From: Thermomicrobiales bacterium | GTDB lineage: Bacteria > Chloroflexota > Chloroflexia > Thermomicrobiales > UBA6265 | Assembly: GCA_049646645.1 (NCBI GenBank) | Contig: JBARWF010000134.1 | Span: forward strand, 2,309 to 66,308 | Direction: 5' to 3' | Length of the DNA: 64,000 nucleotides | Part shown: piece by piece, positions 12,492-22,202 of the stretch | Layout: each line of letters opens with the position of its first letter | Numbering within the stretch: the stretch's first letter is position 1 | Notes under the pieces: generated by a model | The model's input: only the letters and a program-made list of their open reading frames with translations | What the model was told of the DNA's origin: nothing | Database searches by the model: none | Position numbers and translations under genes: made by a program

Positions 12492-13524
12492 GTGATCTCC
12501 GTGATGATGTGTCGCCACCCGCCGAATCACGGCGGGCGGGGCGCCGAATGCGCTCGCCTTGTCCTTCCCGCTTCCACCGTTCGCGATCGCGCGCGCGTCC
12601 CGCCGGTTCGGATGGCGCGGGCCGCTCTCCGCCAACGGGCGCCTCGGGCCGCGCCGCTTCCGTGGGGAGGCTCGATCGCGCGCCGTGCTGAAAGCCGCCC
12701 ATCGGGGTCGTACGCATTGTCCGGGTGCGGTTTGCGCGCTCCGCATCCTCGATCGGCAGGCCAACCGCTTCAAAGAGCTGCAGCAGCTCCGGCGCTGTCA
12801 GGTCGCGCCAGCTTCCGGACGGGATACCCTGGATCGTGAGCGGACCCAGCCGTACCCGGCGCAGCCGGTCGACCTCGATCCCGACCGTCGCCATCATCTG
12901 GCGCACGACGTGATAGATGCCCTCATGCAGCACGACCTTGATGACGATCCCATCACCGGTCTCGCGCAGCAGCCGGCACTCGTCGGGCACGACAAGACGC
13001 CCCGAGATGCGTATGCCATCCCGTATCTTCTGCAACTGCGCGGCGGTCGGACGTGTGGTGGTGAAGACGTGATATTCCTTCGTCAGCCCATAGCGGGGAT
13101 GCATGACGCGATTGGCGAGGTTGCCATCGTTGGTCAGCAGGAGCAGCCCCTGCGTATCGCGGTCGAGGCGTCCGACCGGGTAGATCCGCTCCTGTACGTC
13201 GATCAGGTCCATGACCGTCCAGCGCTGGCGCTCGTCCTGCACGGTGGTGATGAAGCCGCTCGGCTTGTTGAGCAGGATATAGCGGGGACGTTGCCCCCGC
13301 AGCACTTTGCCATCGACCCGGATTTCATCATGGACCGGATCGACCCGCGTCCCGAGCTCTGTCACGGTCTGACCGTTGACCGCGATCCGGCCCGCCGTGA
13401 TCATCTCTTCCGATGCGCGGCGGGAGGCGACGCCGCGGCTGGCGAGCACCCGCTGCAATCGTTCGCCTTCGGGCGGGATATCGGTGGTGGTGGGCTTGTC
13501 GCTGCGTGTTCTCTGGTTGGGCAT
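12433..13524 (-). CDS. rluB: Pseudouridine synthase, RsuA/RluB family, with long Arg-rich C-terminal tail
   Basis: An N-terminal S4 domain (LQRVLASRGVASRRASEEMI) is followed by the catalytic motif GRLDRDTQGLLLLTNDG. The tail overlaps the cmk start by 59 nt. Confidence 0.85.
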   Translation of the reverse strand: MPNQRTRSDKPTTTDIPPEGERLQRVLASRGVASRRASEEMITAGRIAVNGQTVTELGTRVDPVHDEIRVDGKVLRGQRPRYILLNKPSGFITTVQDERQRWTVMDLIDVQERIYPVGRLDRDTQGLLLLTNDGNLANRVMHPRYGLTKEYHVFTTTRPTAAQLQKIRDGIRISGRLVVPDECRLLRETGDGIVIKVVLHEGIYHVVRQMMATVGIEVDRLRRVRLGPLTIQGIPSGSWRDLTAPELLQLFEAVGLPIEDAERANRTRTMRTTPMGGFQHGARSSLPTEAARPEAPVGGERPAPSEPAGRARDRERWKREGQGERIRRPARRDSAGGDTSSRRSHDGPRSPLGNRHRRTRGRG

Positions 13525-13527
13525 GAG

Positions 13528-14892
13528 TTAGGCTACCTGCGCGTTCGATCGGGGCTCAAGGATCCCGGAATCGCCGCCGATCTGGAAAACGGGAACCGAG
13601 GCGAACGCGGTATCGCCGGAGTAGAGCAACACCGAGCCCGCCTGCTTCCCGCCGTCCGTCGGTGGACCTAGCACCAGTTGGTAGCTCGGCTTGTCCTGCT
13701 TGCGGAGGTCGATCGGCATTACGGGCGGGTCCTTCAATTCGACGTCCCAGACCGCCATCTCCTCGGCGAGCCCCGGAAAGGTATCGCCCACCGCGTCGAG
13801 CGAGGTCCAGGTGAAGCGCGCGTCCATGTCGGCGAAGATCGTCTGGGAATCAGTGTAGCGATCGTCCTCGACGATGTTGCTCTGGTCGTCGTAGGTGAGG
13901 GTCGATCCCAGCACCGCCATCACGACCGTGTTCTCGCCGCCATTCACCGAACGGGCCAGGAGCAGGCTGGCCCCGGCGCCCTCGGTGGAGCCCGTCTTGA
14001 TGCCGATCACCCCATCCTGCCCCAGCATCGAATTCGTATTGTTCTGCTGGTAGGGCTCGCCAAGCTGCGAGGGAATGGTGTAGTTGGGCTGATTCACGAT
14101 CCACGCGAGATCGGCGTTCTTCATCAGCTCGCCGCCGAGAATCGTCACGTCGTGTGCGGATGAGAATGCCGAGGAGTCGTCCTCGCCGTCCGGATCGGTG
14201 AAATAGCTGTCCTTCAGGCCGAGGCTCTGGGCGTAGGCGTTCATCTCGTCGATGAAGGCAGTGGTTGCCGTCGCGGGATCGTCGCTGCCGCTGAGCTTGC
14301 TGCCGACATACCGCGCGAGCGCCTTGGCGGCGTCTCCGCCCGACGGGATCAGCAGCCCTTGCAGGAGATCCACCACCCGCAGCGTATCTCCGGATCGCAG
14401 TCCCATCTTGGTGAACGGCGAGTTGGGATCGAGCAGATCGCTGTCGATGATCGTGACCTGCTCATCGAGCGAGACATGCTTCACGGTGACGAGCGCCGTG
14501 ATCACCTTCGTGATGCTGGCGATCGGCCGCCGCTCATCGGCGTTCTTGTTGTAGAGAACGGTGCCCGATTGCAGGTCCATGGCGTAGACCGCCTCCGCGC
14601 TGACCTCGGGGGGTGCGATGCCGCGCTGGGCCTGGTCGCTGGCTGGCGCCTGCTGGGGCGCGGCGGCCACGACATCGGGTGTCTCGGCCGCTGATGGCGC
14701 GGCCGCAGCGACGTCAACGGCTGGCAGGGATGTCGGCGTGCTGGCTGTGGGCAGGGCGTGCTGCACGACGCGCACCCCCGGGAATGCCAGGACCACGGCC
14801 AACACCACGATCAGGGCGAACGACGATGCGTGCGGCATCTTGCCGCGTTCGTCTGGCGCAGAGGAACTTGGTCTCGGAATCACACAATCCAT
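13528..14892 (-). CDS. Serine-type D-Ala-D-Ala carboxypeptidase (peptidase S11), membrane-anchored
   Basis: The SxxK motif (ASITKV) and an N-terminal hydrophobic anchor are present, and the KTGST box is visible. The start is uncertain; an alternative Met lies at 14838. Confidence 0.8.
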   Translation of the reverse strand: MDCVIPRPSSSAPDERGKMPHASSFALIVVLAVVLAFPGVRVVQHALPTASTPTSLPAVDVAAAAPSAAETPDVVAAAPQQAPASDQAQRGIAPPEVSAEAVYAMDLQSGTVLYNKNADERRPIASITKVITALVTVKHVSLDEQVTIIDSDLLDPNSPFTKMGLRSGDTLRVVDLLQGLLIPSGGDAAKALARYVGSKLSGSDDPATATTAFIDEMNAYAQSLGLKDSYFTDPDGEDDSSAFSSAHDVTILGGELMKNADLAWIVNQPNYTIPSQLGEPYQQNNTNSMLGQDGVIGIKTGSTEGAGASLLLARSVNGGENTVVMAVLGSTLTYDDQSNIVEDDRYTDSQTIFADMDARFTWTSLDAVGDTFPGLAEEMAVWDVELKDPPVMPIDLRKQDKPSYQLVLGPPTDGGKQAGSVLLYSGDTAFASVPVFQIGGDSGILEPRSNAQVA

Positions 14893-15028
14893 CCGGGATG
14901 AGAACGAAGGTTTCCAGCAATTGCAGGTGCGGCGCAGGGACGACCGGCTCGGGGCGCGGTCTCATCGGTGCGGCGGCACGCTCCAGTATAGGGTGACACC
15001 GCCAGAGCGCACCACCGGTGCCCGCATC

Positions 15029-16018
15029 ATGCCCGCTGGTCCAGCGCGGGCAGGGTCGGAGGCTGCGGTAGACTTGGGAACAGCGGTTCAGTTGACGTTG
15101 GAAGGTACGGCAGAGTCGCAGGTGAACGTGATCGAGAATGAGTGCCAGGCCGGTGTTCCGGCTGAATCCACATCCACCACATCCACCGGGAAGCGCGCGA
15201 TCCGGATCGCGGCGATCGGTGACCTGCATGTGCGGGACGAAGCACCTCCCGGCGTTGCGGCTGCCCTCCAGGAGGTCGCGCCGCAGGTCGACCTGCTCGT
15301 GATTGCCGGTGATATCACGGAAGGTGGGCGATTGCCGGAAGCGGAGCTCGCCGTCTCCCTGCTTGGGGACATCGCGATTCCGAAGGCTGCAGTGCTCGGC
15401 AATCACGATCGCCGCGGGCCGCGCCGGGTCGCGTTCCGCAAGCTGATCGAATCCGCCGGAATCACGCTGCTCGATGGCGACGCCTTCGTCCACCAGTTGC
15501 CCGATGGGAAGCGCGTGGGGTTCGCGGGGGTCGGCGGGTATGGCGGCGGGTTCTGGCCGGAGGAGGATCCGCACGTTCCGGGCGCCCGGCTCAGCAAGGC
15601 CGTCGGCATGCGCGCGCGTCGCGAAGCGAATCGGCTCGAGGCCGCGCTGCTCTCGCTCGATCGGCAGCGTCTCGATGCCATCATCGTGCTCATGCACTAC
15701 GCGCCGACGACCTCGACCCTCGGTGGGGAGCCGGTGCTGAAATACTGGATGCTCGGCAACTCGCTGCTGGGACGGGTAATCGACGAGCACAACGTCGATC
15801 TCGTCATCCACGGGCACGCGCATCTTGGCAACCAGTTCGGACGCACCCCCGGTGGCACCCCGGTACGCAACGTGGCGATGCAGGTGACGGGCGGCATCAT
15901 GGTCTACGATGTCGAGCGCGGCAAGCGGATCGAGACCGTGCCCGATCTCTCGATTCGCCTCGACCCTGTCACCGTGTCCTCCAGTGACAATAGAGACCCA
16001 GGAGCTCGCGCCCGATGA
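15029..16018 (+). CDS. Calcineurin-like metallophosphoesterase
   Basis: All canonical motifs are intact: IGDLH, AGDITEGG, LGNHD, MHYAP and HGHAH. The start was re-picked (ATG at 15029); the ORF track extends to 14618 antisense to the upstream gene. Confidence 0.72.
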   Translation: MPAGPARAGSEAAVDLGTAVQLTLEGTAESQVNVIENECQAGVPAESTSTTSTGKRAIRIAAIGDLHVRDEAPPGVAAALQEVAPQVDLLVIAGDITEGGRLPEAELAVSLLGDIAIPKAAVLGNHDRRGPRRVAFRKLIESAGITLLDGDAFVHQLPDGKRVGFAGVGGYGGGFWPEEDPHVPGARLSKAVGMRARREANRLEAALLSLDRQRLDAIIVLMHYAPTTSTLGGEPVLKYWMLGNSLLGRVIDEHNVDLVIHGHAHLGNQFGRTPGGTPVRNVAMQVTGGIMVYDVERGKRIETVPDLSIRLDPVTVSSSDNRDPGARAR

Positions 16019-17052
16019 CCTCGCGTTTCAACGACCAGAGCCTGATCGGCGAGGAGCGCCGATCGCCGCCCCGGATCCGCCTCGATCTGCTCGCAAACCC
16101 GTTTGGGCCCACCGATCGTGTACTCGATGCGATAGCGAACGCCGATCACTGGATCGATCCAGCGGTCGAGTTGGAAGGCCGCCTGCGGATGGCGCTCGGG
16201 GCGCGAGCCGGGGTTCCGGCCTCGTGGGTGGCGCTGGCGAACGGGATCGACGAGCTGTACGCGATGATCGCGGCCTGGCGCGGCGAGCAGGGGCCGCTTT
16301 TGGTCTTTCCGCCAACAGACACGGCGATCGTGCAGTGGCTTGGCCAGCATGCCAGCCAGATCGAGCAGATTCCTCGCGGTGAGGGTTTCTCGATCCCCGT
16401 GACGGCCGGCGGCACGAGCCTGCCGCGCGGTGCGACGGCACTGGTGATGTCGCCCAACGATCCGACGGGCACCGCCATCTCCGTGCACGAGGTCGTGCGC
16501 CTGAGCCGACAGTGCGCCTACGCCGTGATCGACGAGCGGCACGCGGCCTATAGCTCGCGCAGCATCCTGCAACTCGCCCGGGAATTCGAGAACCTGGTTG
16601 TCCTGCAGACCTTCGAGACGTGGGCCGGCCTGCCCGCGCTACCGCTGGCATGGGCGATCGCGCCGCCGTCAGTGGCGCGTGCCATCGAGCAGTTCGGCCG
16701 TCCGTCTGGCATCGCGCGGCTGCCGATCGTGGCGGCGCTGGCCGCGTTGGCCGACAACGCGACCGTGCAGGCGACGGTGCGCCACGTGATGGTCGAGAAG
16801 GGGCGGCTCTTCCGGCAGATCCGCAAGCTGAGCATGATCAGCCCGCCCTATCCCTCGTGGTCGAATTTCCTGCTCTGCCGGATCGAGCGCGGAAGCAACG
16901 AGTTCTTCGTGCCGCGGCTCGCGGCACGCGGTATCGACGTCTTTCCCGTCACGAATCCGGAGCTTCCCAATCACCTGCGGATCAGCGCGGTCTCGGCGGA
17001 CGCCACGAACGCCGTCAAACAGGCGCTGATCGACATCGCCCTCGACCTCTGA
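16015..17052 (+). CDS. HisC-like class I/II aminotransferase-fold protein lacking the PLP lysine (probable pseudoenzyme)
   Basis: It aligns with HisC along its whole length (SPNDPTG, VIDE, LRISAVS). The SK(A) Schiff-base position reads ET(W) in LQTFETWAGLPALPLAW. There is a 4-nt overlap with the phosphoesterase gene. Confidence 0.72.
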   Translation: MTSRFNDQSLIGEERRSPPRIRLDLLANPFGPTDRVLDAIANADHWIDPAVELEGRLRMALGARAGVPASWVALANGIDELYAMIAAWRGEQGPLLVFPPTDTAIVQWLGQHASQIEQIPRGEGFSIPVTAGGTSLPRGATALVMSPNDPTGTAISVHEVVRLSRQCAYAVIDERHAAYSSRSILQLAREFENLVVLQTFETWAGLPALPLAWAIAPPSVARAIEQFGRPSGIARLPIVAALAALADNATVQATVRHVMVEKGRLFRQIRKLSMISPPYPSWSNFLLCRIERGSNEFFVPRLAARGIDVFPVTNPELPNHLRISAVSADATNAVKQALIDIALDL

Positions 17053-17123
17053 CGCTCCTCATTGCGGGCACCCACATGCCGCGAGAACTCAGGCTGTCGT
17101 CTCGCCAGCAGCGGCTCCCTTTC

Positions 17124-17261
17124 CGTCATTCCGAGCTTGTCGAGAAATCTCTCAGATCTGGCGCGCTCTCTGGTGCCCCCGTCGCCATGAACCGGGGCCG
17201 GAGGGTTGCATCCGCTGACACGCCGCTTTGGGGAGATTTCTCGACTTCGCTCGAAATGACG
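17124..17261. repeat. Family-A MITE-like element (copy A2)
   Basis: The arms cgtcattccgagcttgtcgagaaatctct and ggagatttctcgacttcgctcgaaatgacg form an inverted repeat. The core ends with cgccgctttgg, as in copy A3. Confidence 0.7.
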
Positions 17262-17279
17262 AGAGGACTGACGTTCAAT

Positions 17280-18266
17280 TCATGATGCGTTCCAGGTCGA
17301 GAGGCGTGCGATCCGCTCATCGAGCGTCGCAGGCGTCAATCGCCACGATCCGCTCCACCTGGCCCAGTTCTCAAGCTCATGCCCGATATCCCACAACTCC
17401 CAGGCACCTGCCACGACCGGCAGCAGGGCGATGTCTGCCTCGCCGACGTGTCGCTGGGAACGATAGCCTGCGAGGAATGCCGGCCAGAACGAGCGGGCAG
17501 CGGGATCGCGCCGTGCCCACCGATAGATCGCGCAGAGGTCAAGCGCCCGCCAACAATAGCCGGCCAGGTCGAAGTCGAAAAAGGCATGGCGGCCATCCGG
17601 CAGGACGTGGATGTTGTCCATCGTGGCGTCGCCATGGCAGATGCCACAGTCTGCAGCGGACTGGGCGCGTTCCAGTTCATGACGCAGCGCGTGGGCGATG
17701 CGCGCCGCCTCCGCTGTTGACGAAGACGTTCCGCACGCTCGCCGGATCGCGTCGAGTGGCCGATCGATCAGGGTTTCCACGTCATAGATGCGTTCGCTGC
17801 CAGCCCCGTCCATGGGCATGCTGTCCATCGCCGTGTGCATCGTCGCGATCGACGCGCCATGCCGGAAGTAGAGGTCATCTGTAAAGGGCCTGGCTGGCTT
17901 GTGGCCGGCGAGTTCGCGCAGGAGCAGGCCCGCCCGCGTCCCCTCGGGTGCTGGAATCTCGATCACGGGCTCACCGTCACGCAACGCGACGGGCTCGCTG
18001 ACCGGGCACCCGCATGCGATCAGATGGTGTTGCAGATCCGCTTCCCAGCGGACATCGGCCGTGTTCCGCCACTCCCGGCGAAAGAGCTTGAAGAGGAAGC
18101 CTTCGCCATCCCGTGTCCGGACCGCATAGACCTCGTTCGCATAGGAGCGAAGCAGCGTGGAGCATGTCACCGGCGCGAGATCGTACCGCGCGTCGACGAG
18201 TGCCGCGATGCCGTCCGGTGCGAGTACCGAGTGGGCAACCGGAAGCGGCGGCATCGCGATATGCAT
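17280..18266 (-). CDS. Aminoglycoside/choline-kinase-family phosphotransferase (APH fold)
   Basis: It has the catalytic loop CHGDATMDNIH and the DFD metal-binding motif. The substrate is unknown. Confidence 0.75.
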   Translation of the reverse strand: MHIAMPPLPVAHSVLAPDGIAALVDARYDLAPVTCSTLLRSYANEVYAVRTRDGEGFLFKLFRREWRNTADVRWEADLQHHLIACGCPVSEPVALRDGEPVIEIPAPEGTRAGLLLRELAGHKPARPFTDDLYFRHGASIATMHTAMDSMPMDGAGSERIYDVETLIDRPLDAIRRACGTSSSTAEAARIAHALRHELERAQSAADCGICHGDATMDNIHVLPDGRHAFFDFDLAGYCWRALDLCAIYRWARRDPAARSFWPAFLAGYRSQRHVGEADIALLPVVAGAWELWDIGHELENWARWSGSWRLTPATLDERIARLSTWNAS

Positions 18267-18274
18267 GGAGTAGC

Positions 18275-19018
18275 TCAGGCCGTTCCATCGATCGCGGCGC
18301 GTTGCGCGGCGAAGATGTGGTCGAGACCGGTGCTCGCCAGGACGAGGAGCAGGTCGAGCATGGCAGGGCTGAACGGCTCCTGCTCGGCGGTGCCCTGAAT
18401 CTCCACGAAGGCGTTCTGGTCCGTCATGACGATGTTGGCGTCGACGTCGGCCTTCGAATCCTCGCTGTAATCGAGATCGAGCATCGGGACACCACGGAGC
18501 ACGCCCACGCTTACGGCCGCCACGGCCGCCTTGAGCGGGTATTTCCGCAGTCTTCGCTCGTCCATCATTCGCTTGCAGGCCAGCGCCAGCGCGACATAAC
18601 CACCGGTAATCGCGGCGCAGCGCGTCCCGCCATCGGCGCGGATGACGTCGCAGTCAATAACGATCTGCCGCTCCCCGAGCGCCTCAAGGTCGGTGACGGC
18701 CCGCAGAGAGCGGCCGATCAGCCGCTGGATCTCGATCGTGCGGCCCTTCTGCTGCCCCTCGACGGCCTCGCGCCGGGTCCGCTCCTTGGTGGACCGGGGG
18801 AGCATCGAGTACTCCGCCGTGACCCACCCCCGCCCCTTGCCCTTCATCCAGCGGGGAACGGATTCTTCCACCGTTGCCGAGCAAATGACGTGCGTATCAC
18901 CGATCTTCACATACGCGGAGCCCTCGGCGTACGGCAGCGCATGCGGGGCAATCGAGATCGGTCGTAATCCATCTGTCTCGCGGCCATAGGAGCGACGCAT
19001 CGGAATCGTGTGGGTCAT
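18275..19018 (-). CDS. rph: Ribonuclease PH
   Basis: The motifs [31 protein letters not shown] and [15 protein letters not shown] are typical of RNase PH. The start was re-picked at MTHTIPM. Confidence 0.9.
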   Translation of the reverse strand: MTHTIPMRRSYGRETDGLRPISIAPHALPYAEGSAYVKIGDTHVICSATVEESVPRWMKGKGRGWVTAEYSMLPRSTKERTRREAVEGQQKGRTIEIQRLIGRSLRAVTDLEALGERQIVIDCDVIRADGGTRCAAITGGYVALALACKRMMDERRLRKYPLKAAVAAVSVGVLRGVPMLDLDYSEDSKADVDANIVMTDQNAFVEIQGTAEQEPFSPAMLDLLLVLASTGLDHIFAAQRAAIDGTA

Positions 19019-19110
19019 GAGAACAGCTTGCTCCTGGTGGAATTCGGTGAATGGTGACCGCAAAGAACGGTTGTCTTCAGGTCCGTGGACGTCGAGACGC
19101 CTCATTTTCT

Positions 19111-19247
19111 TGTCATTTCGAGCGCAGTCGAGAAATCTCTTCTGGTGGACGTTTCGAGAAATCACGTTTATCTATCGTGTCTGTACCAGCACACTGGCAC
19201 CGGACGCGCCGCTTTGGAGGGATTTCTCGACTGCGCTCGAAATGACG
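19111..19247. repeat. Family-A MITE-like element (copy A3)
   Basis: The arms tgtcatttcgagcgcagtcgagaaatctct and gagggatttctcgactgcgctcgaaatgacg form an inverted repeat. The length is similar to A1 and A2. Confidence 0.7.
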
Positions 19248-19346
19248 GGGGGAGGCCCGAAAGGACGGGAGACCGGTGTGCTCGATCCTACAGCGGAATT
19301 CGAAATGGTGGCGACAATCCGGAGCGGGTCAGCTGGTCTGACCCAT

Positions 19347-19417
19347 CCGGCGAAGCCGGATATCGGCTCCCAATATCGGCCTGCGGCCGATGGCCGACAC
19401 GAGGTCGGCCGCTACGG
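19347..19417. repeat. Family-B unit (reverse orientation) with extra hairpin
   Basis: The reverse complement reads ccgtagcg-gccgac-ctcgt-gtcggc-c-atcggcc-gcag-gccgat. The stem has compensatory changes relative to other copies. Confidence 0.55.
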
Positions 19418-19431
19418 TTTCGATTTCGGCT

Positions 19432-20793
19432 CTAACCCTTCTTCGGCTGGGGCCGGTCGGACGTCTGCGCGTAGATCTCGCGGATGCGTGCCATCCGCCG
19501 CGTCAGGTCGCGCTCGAACCCGCGATCAGTCGGTGTGTAGTAGCGCCGGCCATCGATGTTCTCCGGCAGATTCTGCTGCCCGACGATGCCCTCCTCGAAA
19601 TCGTGCGCGTATTTGTACCCCTTGCCGTAGCCCTCGTCCTTCATCAACCGGGTCGGCGCATTACGCAGATGCATCGGCACCGGATCGTTGCGCGTTTTCT
19701 CGACATCGGCCCGCGCTTCGCCGTAGGCACGGTAGACGGCATTGCTCTTGGGTGCCAGCGCCAGGTAGACGGTTAGCTCGGCGAGCGCGAGCGCTCCCTC
19801 CGGCATGCCGATGAAATGGACGGCCTGCTGCGCGGCCATCGCGAGCTCGAGTGCCTGCGGGTCGGCCAGCCCGACATCTTCCGAGGCGAAGCGCACCAGC
19901 CGGCGCGCCACATACAGTGGGTCATCGCCTCGCTCCAACATTCGGGCCAGCCAGTAGATCGCGGCGTCGGCGTCCGAGCCGCGAAGCGTCTTGTGGAGCG
20001 CGGAGATCGCATCGTAGTGGTCATCGCCGCCCTTGTCATAGGTCGCGGCCCGGCGCTGTGCGGCTTCCTGCACCAGGCTCTCGGTGATGCGCCGGTCGTC
20101 ATCGACACCGGCAGACGCGAGCTCAAGCGTGTTCAGGGCAAACCGGGCGTCGCCGTTCGCCATGTTGGCGAGCAGGTCGAGGGCGTCGTCATCGACCGTG
20201 AGTTCGTCGTTGCCGAGCCCGCGCTCGCGGTCGGCAAGCGCCCGCCGCGCGATCAGCTTGATGTCCTCGTCGGAGAGCGCCTGTAACGTCACGACGCGCG
20301 AACGCGAGAGGAGGGGAGCATTCACCTCGAACGACGGGTTCTCGGTCGTCGCCCCGATCAGGATCACCGTGCCGTCCTCGACGTGTGGCAGGATGGCGTC
20401 CTGCTGGGCCTTGTTGAAGCGATGAATCTCATCGATGAAGAGGACGGTGCGCTCGCCGCGCATGCCGAGCCGGTCCTGGGCGGCGGAGATCGCGCGCCGG
20501 AGCTCCGCGACGCCGGACGTGACCGCGCTGACCGCATCGAACGATGCGCGCGTCGTGGTCGCGATGATCCGGGCCAGGGTCGTCTTGCCGGCGCCCGGCG
20601 GCCCCCACAGGATCAGCGAGGAGAGCCGGTCGGCCTCGATCGCCTTCCGGAGCAGGGTGTTCGGTCCGAGGATGTGCTGCTGCCCGACCAGCTCATCGAG
20701 CGAGCGCGGCCGCATACGCGTCGCCAGCGGCGCCCGGCTCGCGAGCTGGCGCTGGCGGTTTGCCTCGAACAGGTCCATCGTGTTGTCAGTCAT
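19432..20793 (-). CDS. rarA: Replication-associated recombination protein A (AAA+ ATPase)
   Basis: Walker A (GPPGAGKTT), Walker B (LFIDEIHRFNK) and the MgsA C-terminal domain are present. Confidence 0.9.
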   Translation of the reverse strand: MTDNTMDLFEANRQRQLASRAPLATRMRPRSLDELVGQQHILGPNTLLRKAIEADRLSSLILWGPPGAGKTTLARIIATTTRASFDAVSAVTSGVAELRRAISAAQDRLGMRGERTVLFIDEIHRFNKAQQDAILPHVEDGTVILIGATTENPSFEVNAPLLSRSRVVTLQALSDEDIKLIARRALADRERGLGNDELTVDDDALDLLANMANGDARFALNTLELASAGVDDDRRITESLVQEAAQRRAATYDKGGDDHYDAISALHKTLRGSDADAAIYWLARMLERGDDPLYVARRLVRFASEDVGLADPQALELAMAAQQAVHFIGMPEGALALAELTVYLALAPKSNAVYRAYGEARADVEKTRNDPVPMHLRNAPTRLMKDEGYGKGYKYAHDFEEGIVGQQNLPENIDGRRYYTPTDRGFERDLTRRMARIREIYAQTSDRPQPKKG

Positions 20794-20810
20794 GTGGCAC
20801 TGCCTGCGAC

Positions 20811-21038
20811 CTATCTCCCGGGATCGAGCTCTTCGGCACGGCGTTCGAACTCGCCGATCAGGGCTTCCAGCTCCTCTCGCGTGCGAACGCCGTGCTCATC
20901 CATGGTCTCAAGCGCATCTTCGAGTTCGTCGATCTGGGAGAGGAGATTGTAGAGCTCATCCTTGGCGGAAGCCTTCTGGGCTCGCTTCTGGTCGATGCTT
21001 CTGACATTTGCTGGCATGTCGGGAGGTTGCTGGGACAT
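20811..21038 (-). CDS. Small acidic coiled-coil protein, function unknown
   Basis: This 75-aa ORF starts at MSQQPPD and has a heptad-like Glu/Leu-rich sequence. It lies 17 nt downstream of rarA. I recognised no family. Confidence 0.4.
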   Translation of the reverse strand: MSQQPPDMPANVRSIDQKRAQKASAKDELYNLLSQIDELEDALETMDEHGVRTREELEALIGEFERRAEELDPGR

Positions 21039-21173
21039 GAATCTTCTCGCTGGTAGGGGCCAAGGGACGTGCGCGATGGCCGATGCGTTGCCGACAACCG
21101 CGCTCCACTCCGTCCCTGCCATCTTTCGTAGGGGATGCTGTTGCCGCGGGAGCGTTGTGCCGTCGTCTGATTG

Positions 21174-22151
21174 CTAGGACATGAGCGCGAGAATCAGCAG
21201 GGCGAGGCCGCCGACGCCCCCGAACTCGATCAGGTCGCGCCGTTCGACATGGGACCGCTGCGTCTGCACGAGCAGGAGCCCTGCGATCGCGTAGAAGACC
21301 GCCAGCAGCACGGCTCCACCGGTCCAGCCGTACGTTGGCCACCAGTTGAGCGCGATGGTGACGGAGGCAAGCGCCCAGCCGCCCAGGATCGCGTAGAAGA
21401 GGCGCTGCGGCGGTTTTGCCCCGCCACGCTCCAGCGTTTCGAGAATGAGGATGCCGCCGAGGATACCGGTCATCGGCGCCGATATCCAGCTATCGAGCTT
21501 GTTCAGGTAGATCGCGCTGAATCCGAGAAAAGCCACGGCATGGACGACGAGCGTGTGAATCGTCGAGGCGACCCGGCTCGATTGCTCGTCGAGCTCATCG
21601 AGTAGATCGCGCGAGAGCAGCGCACCGGCGATGCCCAGGAACGCGATCAGCGGGCCGATGACCAGCATGGGGCGGTTGTGATACGTCCCCACCAGCATGA
21701 TCGCGGCAAAGGTCGCCGCGAAGGGCACCGACCACGCGGTCGCCATCGATGTCCGCGTGCGCACCTGCCCGACGCTTTCCGCAGCCAGCGAGGCGGTGCG
21801 TTCCGCGAACTGTGCGCCCCCGGCAGCGATCAGCATCACGACGATACTGATGATCCAGAACAGGGCGTCCGTGTGCTCGAGCACCGGCGGGTCGGATTGC
21901 TCGCCATCGCCGATCGCGATGATCGCGAGCAGCAGCAGCCCGGCCGCGACCAGCAGGCTGACCACGACACCCTGACCGTAGGCTGGCTGGCGGGTCTCCG
22001 CCGTGGCGATGCCCAAGCCGAAGATCTTGTGCGTATCTGGCTGCGGCGCCTCCACCGGTTCTGGCGGCGGCTGCGCGCTGCGCTCACGCGCATTCGCATC
22101 GGTCGATGCATTCCGCGCTCGCACGCGCCGCGACTGGTCGTCCTGACTCAT
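21174..22151 (-). CDS. Integral membrane protein, function unknown
   Basis: The 325-aa ORF has a charged N-terminus followed by about 8 hydrophobic segments. GC3 is consistent with coding. Confidence 0.6.
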   Translation of the reverse strand: MSQDDQSRRVRARNASTDANARERSAQPPPEPVEAPQPDTHKIFGLGIATAETRQPAYGQGVVVSLLVAAGLLLLAIIAIGDGEQSDPPVLEHTDALFWIISIVVMLIAAGGAQFAERTASLAAESVGQVRTRTSMATAWSVPFAATFAAIMLVGTYHNRPMLVIGPLIAFLGIAGALLSRDLLDELDEQSSRVASTIHTLVVHAVAFLGFSAIYLNKLDSWISAPMTGILGGILILETLERGGAKPPQRLFYAILGGWALASVTIALNWWPTYGWTGGAVLLAVFYAIAGLLLVQTQRSHVERRDLIEFGGVGGLALLILALMS

Positions 22152-22202
22152 GTACCGATCATGCCCCCAACGTGAACTGACAGTCCGTACCTCCCGGAGC
22201 CA

